Assembly: GCA_043228905.1 (NCBI GenBank)
Contig: JBHGNT010000001.1
Location: 19,468,001 to 19,532,000 of the forward strand
DNA from: Azolla caroliniana
Taxonomy: Eukaryota > Plantae > Polypodiophyta
Direction of reading: 5' to 3'
DNA: 64,000 nt
The notes below the pieces were generated by a model. The model was not told the DNA's origin. It searched no databases and was given only the letters and a program-made list of their open reading frames with translations. Of the stretch, positions 24,695 to 37,587 are shown piece by piece. Position 1 is the first letter of the stretch. Each line of letters opens with the position of its first letter. The position numbers and the translations under genes were made by a program.

Positions 24695-25021
24695 TGTGAA
24701 AGCATCCTATCGAGAAAATGGTCTAGAGAATTATCAAAGAGAGAGAGAGAGAGAAGAGCGTAAGAGTGGCGCCATAGTTGTGTTCGTAACAGCTGACGCC
24801 AAGAGCTATGTGAGGCTGATACACTCCATAGTCGAGAGTGTTGTAATCTTCTCCCTTATAAATCCATTGTATAGTGAAGTTGTGTCCTCCCATGGTTTTC
24901 TCCCATTTTAGGGTTTCCACGTAAAATTTGTGTACATTGTTGTTGTGTGTGTGTTCCGAGTTGTGTATTTCAACATATCTATTGTGGATTGACGATCTAG
25001 TTCACAACACAAACCCTAACA
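24695..25021 (+). mobile_element. Orphan copia-type LTR with degenerate PBS
   Basis: TGTGA...TAACA, TATA-like CTTATAAAT, followed by CCTGGTAAAGAAC; no partner LTR in the window. Confidence 0.6.
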
Positions 25022-28000
25022 CCTGGTAAAGAACAGGAAGGAGAATCTTTCTCCCGACGGAGAAGCTCGACAGATCCAACTATGCATCTTGGTTGTACAA
25101 GATGCACTAGTACCTGTGCGGGCATGGCTACTGGAGTTATGTTGACAGAGCTAACGATACAACACTTGATGCGGCACACAGGGACTTTCCGGCTTGGGAA
25201 CAAGCGGCAAGCAGGGTAATGTGTTGCTTTGCGGCTAGTGTCGGTGATCAACTACTCAGCCATATCTGGGACACCAAGACGCCAAAGGAAGCTTGAGGAA
25301 ACCTGAAAAAGGTCTTCGCCGCAAACACCACGGCCCGAAAGCTACAACTCTGACAAGAGTTGAGCAATGTCCGACAAAAGGACATGTCGGTGGCCAACTA
25401 CACGGCCTGGATCAAAGACATATGCAACTCACTTGCCTCCATCAACGTGATCGTCGAGGAAGATGAGATGAGGTTTGTCTCTGGGGCCTCGCATCAAAGT
25501 TTGGAGCATTCCAGACAACGGTATGTACAAGGGAGAATACACCCTCCTTTTTCGACTTACACCTCCTTGTGGAGGAGAACCATGCGGGTGCGTCAACGAG
25601 TATGCACACCGACAACAAGATGTTGTACACGAAGGTAGAGAGCCCCCAAGGTCATGGCAGTCGAGGCAGATCGGTGCGCAATGCAAGCAGCCAACAAGAG
25701 AAGAATCGGAGGCACAAAGATGGTGCCGACAGTAATTCCAAACCCTTCGGAAATAGGGGGAGTCAAAGCGGCACCGGAAACCGGCAAGGAAAAACAGACA
25801 TGGAATGTTGGTACTGTGGCCGGAAGAGCCACAGAGAAATCAAGTGTTGGAAGAAAAGAGCCGATTCAGACAAAGCTAGATCGAGGCGGAATGACGCCGA
25901 CATGCGTCACCGATCGCACTACGTCGGAAGCTTGAAGAGAGCCGGGTCGGGACTAGCCCTCGTAATGAAGCATAAGGCCAACAAAAAGGCTACATCTGAC
26001 TCAAAGTCGGAAGAAGTTTGGTACATGGACTTCAGAGCTTCAAACCACATGACGAACCATAAGGAGTAGTTCTCTTTTCTCGAGCAGCCGGAGAAGCCAG
26101 GGGTAGTCGAAACCGGAGACAACACCCCACATCCCATTGAGCACATCGGAGATTTCCCACTAACCCATGTCGGCCAGAAAGGGGTCATGCGGTCCTGCAT
26201 GTTCCAACGATCACCAAGAACTTGGTGTCGGTCAGCCAAATCGTAGATCAAGGAATGTAGGTCCGATTTACTCACCGCAGTTGCTTCACCGAGCAGGAAG
26301 ACCGAATCATTACGCAAGGGTGCTAGAATGGAAGAATGTTCATCCTCGAAACCAACGATGTAGGCACCGCTATGTTCGCAAAAGGGCAAAAGGTCAAGTT
26401 GGACATCGACCTCTAGCCGATGTTTCGTGGCCGGAAAGGCCAAATATGTGAAGCTTGCCAACTTGGGAAGCCTCATAGGCTTCCATTCCCCAATGAGAAG
26501 AATCGGGGCCGGAATCAGCTCGATCTCATCCATTCGGATGTGTGGGGACTAGCTCAAAATGTGAGCATCGAAGGGAGTCGATATTTCATCTCCTTCATTG
26601 ACGATTTTAGCCGACACACCTAGATCTACTTAATCAGGAAGAAGAGCGAAGTCTTCTCATGCTTCCAGGACTTAAAGAATCATGTTGAACGAGAAACCGG
26701 AAGGAAGATCAAGTTTCTGAGATTGGATGGCGAAAAAGAGTACTTTTTCGGCCAGCTCACTACTTACCTGCAGACCAAAGGAATCTGACGAGAGTTCTCC
26801 TGCAGATACACGCCAGAGCATAATGGCATGGTCGAACATCAAAATCGGGCGTTGGTAGAAGCGGCAAGGGCAATGCTAGAAGAGAAGTGCATGCCCCAGA
26901 TTTATTGGGCCGAAGCAATTCGGATTGTCGTCTACATACAGAATTGGATATTTTCCTCAGGGACAAAGGTGTCGCCGTACGAACTGTATTTCGAGCGGAA
27001 ACCTTTGGGTATTCGGAAGAATTGCCAATGTGCATGTGTCAAATGATAAGCAGAAGAAACTGGATGCAAAATTCGAGAAGTGCTTCCTGGTTGGCTACTT
27101 CGACAAACAGAAGGGGTACTAGTGCTACAACCCTCATTCATAGAAATTCCTTGTTAGCCGTGATGTCGTCTTCGACGAATCCACATCTTAGTACTTCTCA
27201 TCACACGAACCTAAACAGATTGATGTGGACGATGCAACTGATTCCGGATTAGAAGGAAGCATAGAGGAATCCGAACCGGATTGTCCGACCTCTCTCTAGA
27301 TCAATGGACTGAATCTAGACTGGTTGAGCGGGAGCAGTCAACCGGATGACGAGCTGGAGAGTAGCGAAGGCTCGGTCGTGCTCTCCCCGCACAAGGAACC
27401 GAGGAGACGGTTCACACACAAAGAGAAAGGGAAGGAGAAGATGTCGGAGTACGGCACGAATAGGGAAGAGAAGGATCGGAGCGAATCCAATTCCGGAAAG
27501 AACAAAGATAGATCTTCAGAAGAGAAGTCTGCGTCGGCCAAGAGGGCCACGAAATCGGCAAACCAGAAGTTGCACTGATCCACCCACCAAAAGCACCCCG
27601 TAGTTCGGTATGGATATAATGAGTATATGGTTCATCATTATGCGTACATGGTGAAGGTGGTTGTGCATGAGCCGGAGAGCTATGCAGAAGCTGCTAAGGA
27701 TCCGAATTGACAAAAGATCATGGAGGAAGAGATGCACGCGCTCATGGAAAATGAGACATGGGACTTAGTGGACGTACTGAAAAGAGTGAAGTCGATCAGT
27801 TGTCGGTGGGTGTATAAAGTCAAACACAATGTTGACGGCTTCGTCAACCGCTACAAGGCCCAATTAGTGGCGAAGGGTTACGCGTAGTGGCACGGAATCG
27901 ATTATGACGAGACCTTCGCGCCGGTTGCGAAGATGACAACATTCTATGTCTTGCTTGCAATGGTAGCGGCGAAGGGGTGGCATCTACATCAAATGGATGT

Positions 28001-29469
28001 GAAAAAAACGTTCCTGCAAGGCGACCTTGAGGAGCATGTATATATGATTCAGCCCCCCGTATATCAGTCCGGAATGAACACGTCGGTTGTTTGCCGACTG
28101 AAGAAGTCTCTTTACGGACTAAAGCAAGTGCCACGTGCCTGGAACGCGAAGATCACGCAGCAATTGCGTCGGCTGGGGTTTGCCACATCCAAGTCAGATT
28201 CTTCACTCTTCATCCAGCAAGGTTGGAATAGACCGGTTAGTATTCTACTTTATGTTGATGATTTAGTCATCATCGGTGCCGACCTAGCAGAAATCGACCC
28301 TGTCAAGTCAGAACTCACCGCATCGTTCAAAATGAAGGATCTTGGGGACCTTCATTACTTCCTCAGGATCGAAGTGATCCGCACCCCAAAAGGCATAATG
28401 ATCAGTCAACACCAATATGTGTTGAGTATGCTCTTCAAATTTGGTCTGACGGAATGCAAGTTCATCTCAACTCCTCTAGATAGGAATGTGAAGCTCCGCC
28501 CCGACTCCGGAACGGCATGTGACCTGAAATGGTTCCGACAGATAGTCGGAAGCCTTATATACCTGACCATCACCGGCCGGATCTCAGCTATCCGGTCGGC
28601 TTGATAAGTCAATTCATGGCAAATTTGACCGTGGAGCACCTTCAATGTGCACACTGAATACTCAAGTATGTTAGCGGAACTAAGGACAGGGGGTTGCTAT
28701 ATCGGGCCAGGCCGGTCAGCTTGTTGGTCATACAGATGCCGATTGGGCCGGAAATGCCGGCGATTGAAGGTCAACTTCCGGATTCACGTTTTCACTTGGG
28801 AGTTTCACGGTCGCCTAGAGTAACAAGAAGAAGCCGACAATCGCATTGTCGAGCACTGAGGCCAAGTATCGAGGACCAGTTGTCGCAATGTGCGAAGCCA
28901 TTTGGCTCAAATGGTTATTGAAGCATCTGCAAGTGGAGGTGTCCAATCCCACGACGATCTACTACGACAACCTCATCAGCATCCGACTGGCGAAGAACCC
29001 CATCTTCCATGTGTTGTTCGTCGGAATAGTAACCGACAGACAAGAGCGCAAGAATACGGAATAGTATAATATTGTAACACATGTAACGGTTCACGCGGGA
29101 AGCGTGAACGGCTAAAAGACCCTGCCCTACGTATATAAAGGGCAGAAAACCTCTGTTAGAAGCAGCATGTAATTTTGAATGTAAGAGGCGTATTGTAATA
29201 GAGTTCTATCTTCTCTGATATCTATGTATAGCTACGGCTAATCTATTGTGTGTCTGTAACACTTGAGAGCATAGGAGTAAGTAACGGTGTGTGCGCTAGC
29301 CCACTGTCAAAGGAGTTCGGTTGTAGTCGTCTCCCTTATACGCTGCTAGGTTACGGGGAATATCCCACTAAGTATTACGCACAGACTCTACCCTTTGTTG
29401 TCATACAGTCACTTGGGGGTCTAGGTCGAAGGACTGACCGTAGACCGTGTCCTTAGTCGGTAACACTTT

Positions 29470-29483
29470 TGGCACGCTTGGTG
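29470..29483 (+). promoter_or_regulatory. Primer binding site of E, tRNA-Arg(UCU)-type
   Basis: TGGCACGCTTGGTG, 4 nt after the LTR; near-complement of the plant tRNA-Arg 3' end as recalled. Confidence 0.75.
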
Positions 29484-32400
29484 ATCTGTGTCTTCTCACA
29501 GACGAACAACGACAAATGGATGTTTAGCCGCAGACGCCCCAGAGAACCAACACGACCAGACCAGCCAATCACAAGGTCCATCACACGCCAGGCAAAGGAA
29601 CGTGCACGGCAAAAGCCTCGCCTTAGCGACCTTAGCACTACATGTCAGTACCACAAAGGTGATTTCCCGCTCTCCAAATACCTCGATGATACGCGGGAAG
29701 CACGCTCACCACACCAGCACTGTGGTCTTTCCCTGCCCATCGTAGCCCCCAGCATGGTCTTTGCCTATCCCCGCTTTAACGGCGAAACCGACGCCGCAAC
29801 CCACATTCGCCTATTCCTCAATGTTTGGAATGCAAACCACATGGCACAGAGCCTTTCTTAGGCAGTAGCGCACCAGTCCAAAATGACGGAGTTTGGGTTA
29901 ACATTGGATGGGTGAGCGGTGTTTTGGCATTCACAGATGGATCTGCCAGCAATCACGACCTTCGACTAGCTGCAGTGCGCCTTTTTGCGGTTCTTCCATC
30001 GGAGGGTTCTACAATGCGAAATCCTTGGACAGTTCTACAAAATTAAGCAGCTGCCGACCGAGATGATCGCGGATTTCAGGTTACGTTTCCAAAATTTACG
30101 GCGGAAACTAGAACGAGGCCCCGCGAAGGACGAGGCTCGCGAGACATTTCTGGCGGCATTACGCCGACCTATACGGACAACGCTCAACAACAATAGCGTG
30201 AAAGGGGAAACAGCCGATATGGTCATCGAACAAGCGTTACAACTCGAGTTGGACGACAAAGAGGAAAGGTTTTCTATGTCCGCATTACGACAAGCGTTAC
30301 CTCAGGATGAGGAACGACATTTTTGTCAAGCAATCTAGTGCACGATTTCCTTGAATTCGGGGCATTCCGCAGTGGAGTGCAACATGCGAATCCACTACCC
30401 AATCTGTCACTAGAAGGCTCACATAGTCGAGCAATGCGAATACAATATGTTGAATAGAGCCGCTCCCACAGTACGCAGCATGGACACACAACATCCCCCA
30501 CGTCGTACTGAACAAAGGAGGCAAGAAGACCGACCACGGTATATGGATCGTAACCCACGTGATGACCGGCACTACCGGAATCACCGGAATCACAACGATT
30601 CCGAGGAAGACAAGCCAGAGGATGAGGACTACCGTGGGCCACCCAGATATGCTAAAGGGGGCCGGCGCTATGAGAATCACCGGCCTCCAAACAAACGTGG
30701 TAGCTTCAATGGACCTCGTGGAAAGCAGCGGCAATATCGGGACCACTGGCAATATGATGAAAGCTCGAACGATGACCAGCACCAAGAACCACGCCGGGAC
30801 CAACAGCAATCACCGCGTACGCTCCAACAAACGAAGTTGGACTGTGAGGAGCAAGTCGCACCGGGGGGTCGGCACACACCACCAGGGGCCGAGAAGGGTG
30901 AATCTAGCATCCATTGTTTTGTTTGTCAACAGCCCGGACATTATGCCACACAATGCCCAATACGCAAGGGCAAAGGGCCCACCGTCAATACGATTACGGC
31001 AGAAGTGCAGTAAGTCACGACACGTTAGCAAACAAAAACGGTTGATTGGGCCGCGCAAGATGAGTTACGACGAATAGCCCAGGCATGGGTTGAAAAAGCA
31101 AACGCGACAAATACGGAATGAATGCGGAAGGAATCCGCAAAAACGATGGAGCTAGTGGAGGACGAAGGACTGGCCCCGGACCCCATTTGGCAAGCACTAG
31201 CAGGATGCGAGATAATGTTAACCATGGAGAAGCTACTGCAACTAGTCCCATGCTTCCGCCAGACCGTGGAAGAGCGGGTGACGAGCATACCCGGGGTGAG
31301 CATCGCTACGAATTTCACTGACATTAGCGACGGACCGTCTGTAGTGGATCACCACAACCCAGCTATTACGTTGATATTACACGGTCAGGAAATCCCAAGA
31401 TGCGTAATCGATGGCGGCTCGGGCGTTAATGTAATTAGCGCGAAAACATGCGAGTGGTTAGGAATTTCAGAATGGGAGGCTTGCCCGTTTTGGCTCCGTA
31501 TGGCAGATACCCGCTCAGTACGACCATTGGGGTTGATACGCAAGGTAGGCATTATCGTTGGAGGACATCGCTTCGACATCTCGGCGGTAGTCCTCACCCT
31601 GGACGCCCCAGGGGCGTACCCTGTGCTGCTAGGCAGACCGTGGCTTCGTGCAGTGAATATCAACCAGAGCTGGCAACACAAGTGTATCAGTTTTCGACAC
31701 GGACGCACCAAGGTTCGCGTACCAATGGAGGAAAGGACAACACAATACAAGGGTATAACACCATTATACGCAGAAGATATAAATATGTTGGCTGGGGTGG
31801 ATGATACAGAATTAGAGGCATACCTAGACGAGCACCCTCGGATTATTCCGTTGTTCGAAATCGACTTTATCGCAACCGCAGCAGAATATGCCACGGCCAC
31901 TACTCTCCACGACGAGGCATACGAACCAAACCCAGAGTCAATATTAGAACTAAGCAGAGCATCTAATAAGCAGAACACGGGCAGCGTTCGAGAGGGAAAT
32001 GGAAATTTCACAACGAGTCACCACCTCAGCCCTGGAAGAAGTAAACGTGGGTACGACGTCAGAACCCCGTTTCCTCTCCATCGCAAAAGAATTAAGGGCG
32101 GACCAGAGAGACGCGATGATCGTCATGATGTTCGAGCTAAAGACGGCGTCGGCGACATTTCAACGGACAATCACAGAGATCTTTGGGGAATATATTCCGG
32201 CATTCATGCAAGTTTTTTTAGACGATTTTGCAGTATATGGGAAAACAACCGACCATTTTACGCATCTGCAACTATGCCTGGAACGTTGCCGCACCGCAAG
32301 CTTAAGATTGAATCCCGTGAAATGTGCCTTTGGCATTACCAGTGGGGCTCTCCTAGGCCATATAGTCAGCAAGGAAGGGATAGCGGTCTATCTAAACAAA

Positions 32401-34424
32401 ATCTCCGCGATTACTCAAGCTAAAACTCCGACAAACGCGAAATCACTCAGCCGGTTTTTAGGACAAATACGATGGCATTATCGGATGATACGATACTTGG
32501 CGGACTTCGCCACGCCGTTACATGGACTGCAATGGAAGACAAGGCCTATGATGCGTTCAAGATAATGCTCACGCAGGCACCCGTCGTACAGCCACTAGTT
32601 TGGGCGAAGCCATTCCACGTGTTCGTAGATGCCTCGGACATAGCAATAGGAAGTGTGCTAATGCAGCTCACCGAACCGAATTGGCACCGGCCAATGTACT
32701 ACGCTAGTCGCAAATTATCAACAACAGAGCGTAACTATTCCACAACGGAACGTGAATTTCCTCCCTAGCAGATAATGCCGGAATTTATTGATGATATAGA
32801 TCATCCCCAATGCACTAACGGGGAAATTGGCACGATGGATGTTGCTACTCCAAGAATTCGATTTTGTAATTCAGCACCGCCCAAGTACGCAACACGCAGT
32901 GGCAGATTTTTTGAGTAGACTCGATAATGGAGAAACGGCGCAGAAGGACGACGACGACTTTCCGGACGCAGACATTCTGCGGGTAGTAGCACTAGCTAGA
33001 AGAACGGAAACGGCCTTTCCAGACCGATGGCTCATAGAAATTACATACTTTTTGACTATGGGACTGCCTCCACCACAATTACGCACGGACGAGAAGAAAC
33101 GATTAGCCATCCAGAGCCGTAACTTCTTCCTGGTAGAAGGAATCTTATATCACAAAGGTAGTGATGGCATTTGGCGACGCAATGTACGCCAGGATGAGAA
33201 AGAAGCGGTCTTACGGGAGGCTCATTGCAGCACGGCAGGCGGACACTACGCGGGCGATGTTACGGCCGGGAAAATATGGCAAGCAGGCCTATGGTGGCCG
33301 ACTACACAGAAAGTGCGATTTGTGTCAACGGATGGGCCAGCCCACGGAGGGCGCAAGAATGTCACACCAGCCCGTATTACCGTTAGATCCCTTCCAAAAG
33401 TGGGGATTGGATTTTGTGGGCCCCTTCACACCGGCGGCGGCCCGAACGGGCAATAAATACATATTGGTAGCCACGGATTATTGCACCAAGTGGGTAGAAG
33501 CAAAGGCACTACGAGAGAATACGGCGGCCATCACAACAAGATTCCTTTACGAACACATCTGGTGTCGGTTCGGTTGTCCGATTGAGTTTATCAGTGATCA
33601 GGGGAGCCACTTTCTCAATACGGTCATTCAGGAACTGACACATCATTACGCCGTAGTCCACAAGAAAAGTACGCCATATTATCCACAGGCAAATGGGTTG
33701 GCGGAATCCACCAACAAGACGTTGCAGACCATATTAAAGAAAATCATCAATGAAAATAGAACGGACTGGGATACCAATTTACATAGTGCGTTATGGGCGT
33801 ACAAAACCAGCTACAAAACAAGCATACAATCAACACCGTTTCGACTAGAGTTTGGGCTGGAGGTCGTTATGCCGGTAGAGTTTCAGATACCCAGTTTACG
33901 GATTCAGGTACGGGACCGACTATCAGAAGCAAAGTCGGAGGAAGTATGACTCCTACCAGCTACTCGAACTCGGCGAAACGCGCATACACAACATGGTTGT
34001 GTTGGAGCAGGAACAACGACGGCGTAAAGCGTTTGTGGATCGACATCAGAACGCATGGGAAAAGGATTTCGCTGTCCGTAGAGTGGTACTGGTTTTCCAA
34101 ACCCGCATGGGCCATATGCCAGGAAAGTTACGATTCTGGTGGACAGGCCTGTACTGGATAATAGGAGTGGAACAAGGCACGTTCCAACTGGGCACGCTGG
34201 CCGGGGAAGTCTTACGACAAAAGGTGAATGGGTTTCGCCTTAAACCTTATTTGGGACCTACGCCACCTAACCCATTCCCCGCCGGACAGGACAAAGCCGA
34301 AGAACCCGCGGCGTAAGAGGATGGCCCTACTTGTATCATAGTGTAAAAATTGGCTTGTATGTAACCATTACGGAAAAAAAAAAAAAAAGGAGAGAAGATA
34401 GCGACATTATTAAAAAAGGATTGA

Positions 34425-37400
34425 ATGCATGCACAGACTTCTAGACCAAGAACACGCGGCACCACGATGGCTCACCGCCCAATAAACCCTAGGCCACAAA
34501 AAGAAGGAAATCGAAGGTCTTCTGCACAATACAGAAATCCACCTCCTAACTCTCAGCGCTCTCATCGCTCCCCTCCCCCACCTTCTCCTCCATCCTATCA
34601 TAGAGCTCCAAGCCCACCGCAACCAACAATCTTCCCCCCACGAGCCTACTCTGACTATGTCGATATTTATCTCTACCGCCTTACGTCGATGGCTCGTGGA
34701 GAAACGCCTGGATGGGTACATCAGGGTCGCAAAGGCACCTCCACACCCGGATGCATTGGACATTGCCAGAAAGCTCAACATTGACACTGTCACCAACTCA
34801 TCCATCCGGAAAAAGTTGGACATGTCATCACTAGGGGAAAGGCATTTCGAAATCCCTCCTGCGGAGTCACTGTAGAGATATTTCGGTCCATATTCGTCCT
34901 CCGCCAAGGCATATAGAACGAAGGAGATCCTGGATCCCTTTTTCCGTGAAGTGGCCAAATTCCTAATAGAGGTCGGATGCATACATGTAAACGCATATGG
35001 GATGCCCAAGCAGAAGGCAGGTATCATTATTGATACCTTTGAAGGGCGTACGGTCGATTGGGGGGTCATCACGGGGCCGACATTAAGGGAAGGCCTGCAC
35101 GTGTATCAAGGAGGCAAGAAGCTCAGGCCTATCATACAACAGTACCTGATGGTACTATTCCCACCCCAAAGCCTACCGGCACCGCAGCCCAGCAGGCCCA
35201 CGCCGTTGCCTCGATCCGTGAAGCGCAGGTTAACGGAGTTAGCCACCACAGAGTGGGAGGATGAACCCCAACCCACCCAGCCGGACACACGGACAACACC
35301 GGAAGAGCAGGCGGCGCGCTCCAAGGAAGTGGCACCAAAGCCAAACACCGAACCACAACAGGAAAGCCCCAAGCCGAAACGGCGGAGGCTGGACAGGAAA
35401 GATGGGCGAGGATTAGTTAAAGACGTACTCGTGGCAACGAAGACAACGGCCGTAGGCAACAACTCCGTAGCTACGAAGCCCAACACCACCTTCGAAATAA
35501 TCCGGGAGCCACGGCCGATCATTACGGCCCAGTCACAACGAGGGAAAGCCGTATTGACAGCGGAAAGTGAGGTCTTGGCATATCCAGATATCCCGAACAC
35601 GGCCCATGAGTTCAGTACACTATTACAGTTCGGAACCTCTTTTGAGCTCATGCAATTCTTGGCAACGCAACAGATAAAGGTCTCACAACGAATGGTCGAG
35701 GAGCAAGCGCAACGCCAGATGATCGAGCGAGCCTTAACACAAACGACGGAGAGCGACGATGAGGACCAGTTAGCCAGAGTCAGCAGACAGAGGAACGTCG
35801 GTATACGGCGAATGGGGATGGAACTACCCCCATTAAATGCGGCCCTAGTCGAACTTCATAGGGAACTGGCAAAGGTCAGCATGGGCGCCAAGGAGATGGC
35901 CATTAAAAATAAGAATGTCTGGAAGAAGGTTAAACTAACCCAAGCCGAGCTGCAAAAAGCCAACGAACGCATCGCGGAGTTGGAAAATAACGTGACTACG
36001 GTGCAACAGGCAGCTACACCACAAAACAACGCCATCGAAGCCTTGAAGGAAGAGATTGAGGCTCAGACCGCCATTGCCTCAAAAGCAAAACGGGCCATAC
36101 AACTAGCGAAATCAGAAATTGACCACCTCCGCGCTAAACTTCACCAGTCCTCAGACAGGGAAAAGGACATCCGGGCCAATGGCCGAAAGGCAGTAAAAAC
36201 CCTTGAAGAGAAACTCATTGCGGAGACAGCACAACACACCCGGACAAAAGAAGAAACCGCCCAATTACAGGAGGAAGCGAAAAAATCGGAGGCGGCAATC
36301 GTGGGATTCCGGGCCTTATTGGAGAAAAAGAAAACATTGTTCAACGAGCAGCTGGTGGGCGAACAGTTGAAGAGAAACTCGTTGCGGAGACAACACAACA
36401 CACCCGGACAAAAGAAGAAACCACCCAATTACAGGAGGAAGCGAAAAAATCGGAGGCGGCAATCGCGGGATTCCGGGCCTTATTGGAGAAAAAGAAAACA
36501 TGGTTCAACGAGCAGCTGGTGGGCGAACAGGAAAGAAGGCATCAGCTCGAAATCCGCCTGAACAATGAAATGGGAAAACTAGAAGAACTACATGCAAAGG
36601 AATCCCAGTTGTGGGCAGGTATGAAGAGCACGTATGAAGAAGTGACGGTAGTTAGTTAGCAAGAAATTGCAAACCTCAAGAAGTCTGTGGAAGAAGCACG
36701 CAACCGTTGTCAGGCCATCACAGACAACGTGTGTATCCTTCTACAAACGAATTGGGAGAGGTTTACGGCGCTAGACAAAGGATGGATGGTGTGGGCGGCA
36801 CAAGCGGCGGAATTGCACGCGTATCGAGCGGACTGGGAGAACTGGAGAAAAGACGGCCCAGGCTTCTATAAACTCAATGAGGAAAGCATTGTGGCAGTAC
36901 GCGAGGACCTAGCGCAGGACTATCACATGCTAGCGGATCAACATTCCGAAGAACTCACGCAGCTATTAGATGATTTTGGTGAAAGTCAAGACGATCTGTT
37001 TCACCAGATCACGCAAGCCGGTAGCACGCAAACAAACGAGGAATCCATCGCAACACCAATTCCGGATACTGCCGAAGAAGAGGAACCTCAGGCCAAGTCA
37101 CCAAAAATTACAACTACGGTGAACAGCGCGGAACGGCGAGCGGAGTCCCCCACAACACCGGACAGCGAAACCACTGCCCAAGAGGAACCCCATCTACCGG
37201 AGCATACGCTATCAACCAACCGCACGGAGAACATTGCGGACCAAGAGGAACCGCAACCCCACTCCCCAGAGCATACAACGACGACCGACATCACGGAGGA
37301 AGTGACGGACGAAACGGAGCCGCGACCGACCGCAAGCCCGCCGACAGTTGAGCCAACCCCCCCTAGCCCAAGAAAAGCCCACAGAACCCAGACCGCCCAC

Positions 37401-37542
37401 ACAGGACGATCGCAACACTATGAGAAGCCCTCCCGACCAAACAGGGGAACCACACCACGATGCACCTACGGGTCCTACGTCGTCCCCAGACACAGACACC
37501 ATAGCAGAGCCAAACATCAGGGCCATTTTGGAAGAAGATTAA
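34425..37542 (+). pseudogene. Extra ORF of E downstream of integrase (Pro-rich N-terminus, globular domain, long coiled coil, acidic Pro/Thr tail); frameshifted
   Basis: Consecutive plus-strand ORFs at 34425, 34657, 34951-36561, 36687-37607 and 37348-37542; heptad-rich segments. Confidence 0.7.
36203..36530. repeat. 164-bp tandem duplication in the extra ORF
   Basis: TTGAAGAGAAACTC...GGCGAACAG starts at 36203 and 36367. Confidence 0.9.
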
Positions 37543-37571
37543 AGGGATGGGTCCGACGTGCCATGGCACTA

Positions 37572-37587
37572 TCCCACTGGCATGCCA
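37572..37587 (-). promoter_or_regulatory. Inverted PBS-like site at the PPT position of E
   Basis: Plus strand TCCCACTGGCATGCCA ends 2 nt before the 3' LTR; minus strand reads TGGCATGCCAGTGGGA. Confidence 0.65.

Noticed and set aside
29089-29109. 8-bp hairpin upstream of the TATA box in both E LTRs
   Set aside because: Short, and presence in both LTRs is not independent evidence of conservation.
34951-36561. Envelope glycoprotein or host myosin/SMC gene
   Set aside because: No signal peptide, transmembrane helix or ATPase motifs seen; it lies between the LTRs of E.
37530-37551. Purine-rich GGAAGAAGATTAAAGGGATGGG as the PPT of E
   Set aside because: It ends about 38 nt before the LTR, is interrupted by T residues and overlaps the end of the extra ORF; a PPT should abut the LTR. 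Not fully excluded if the intervening bases are a later insertion.
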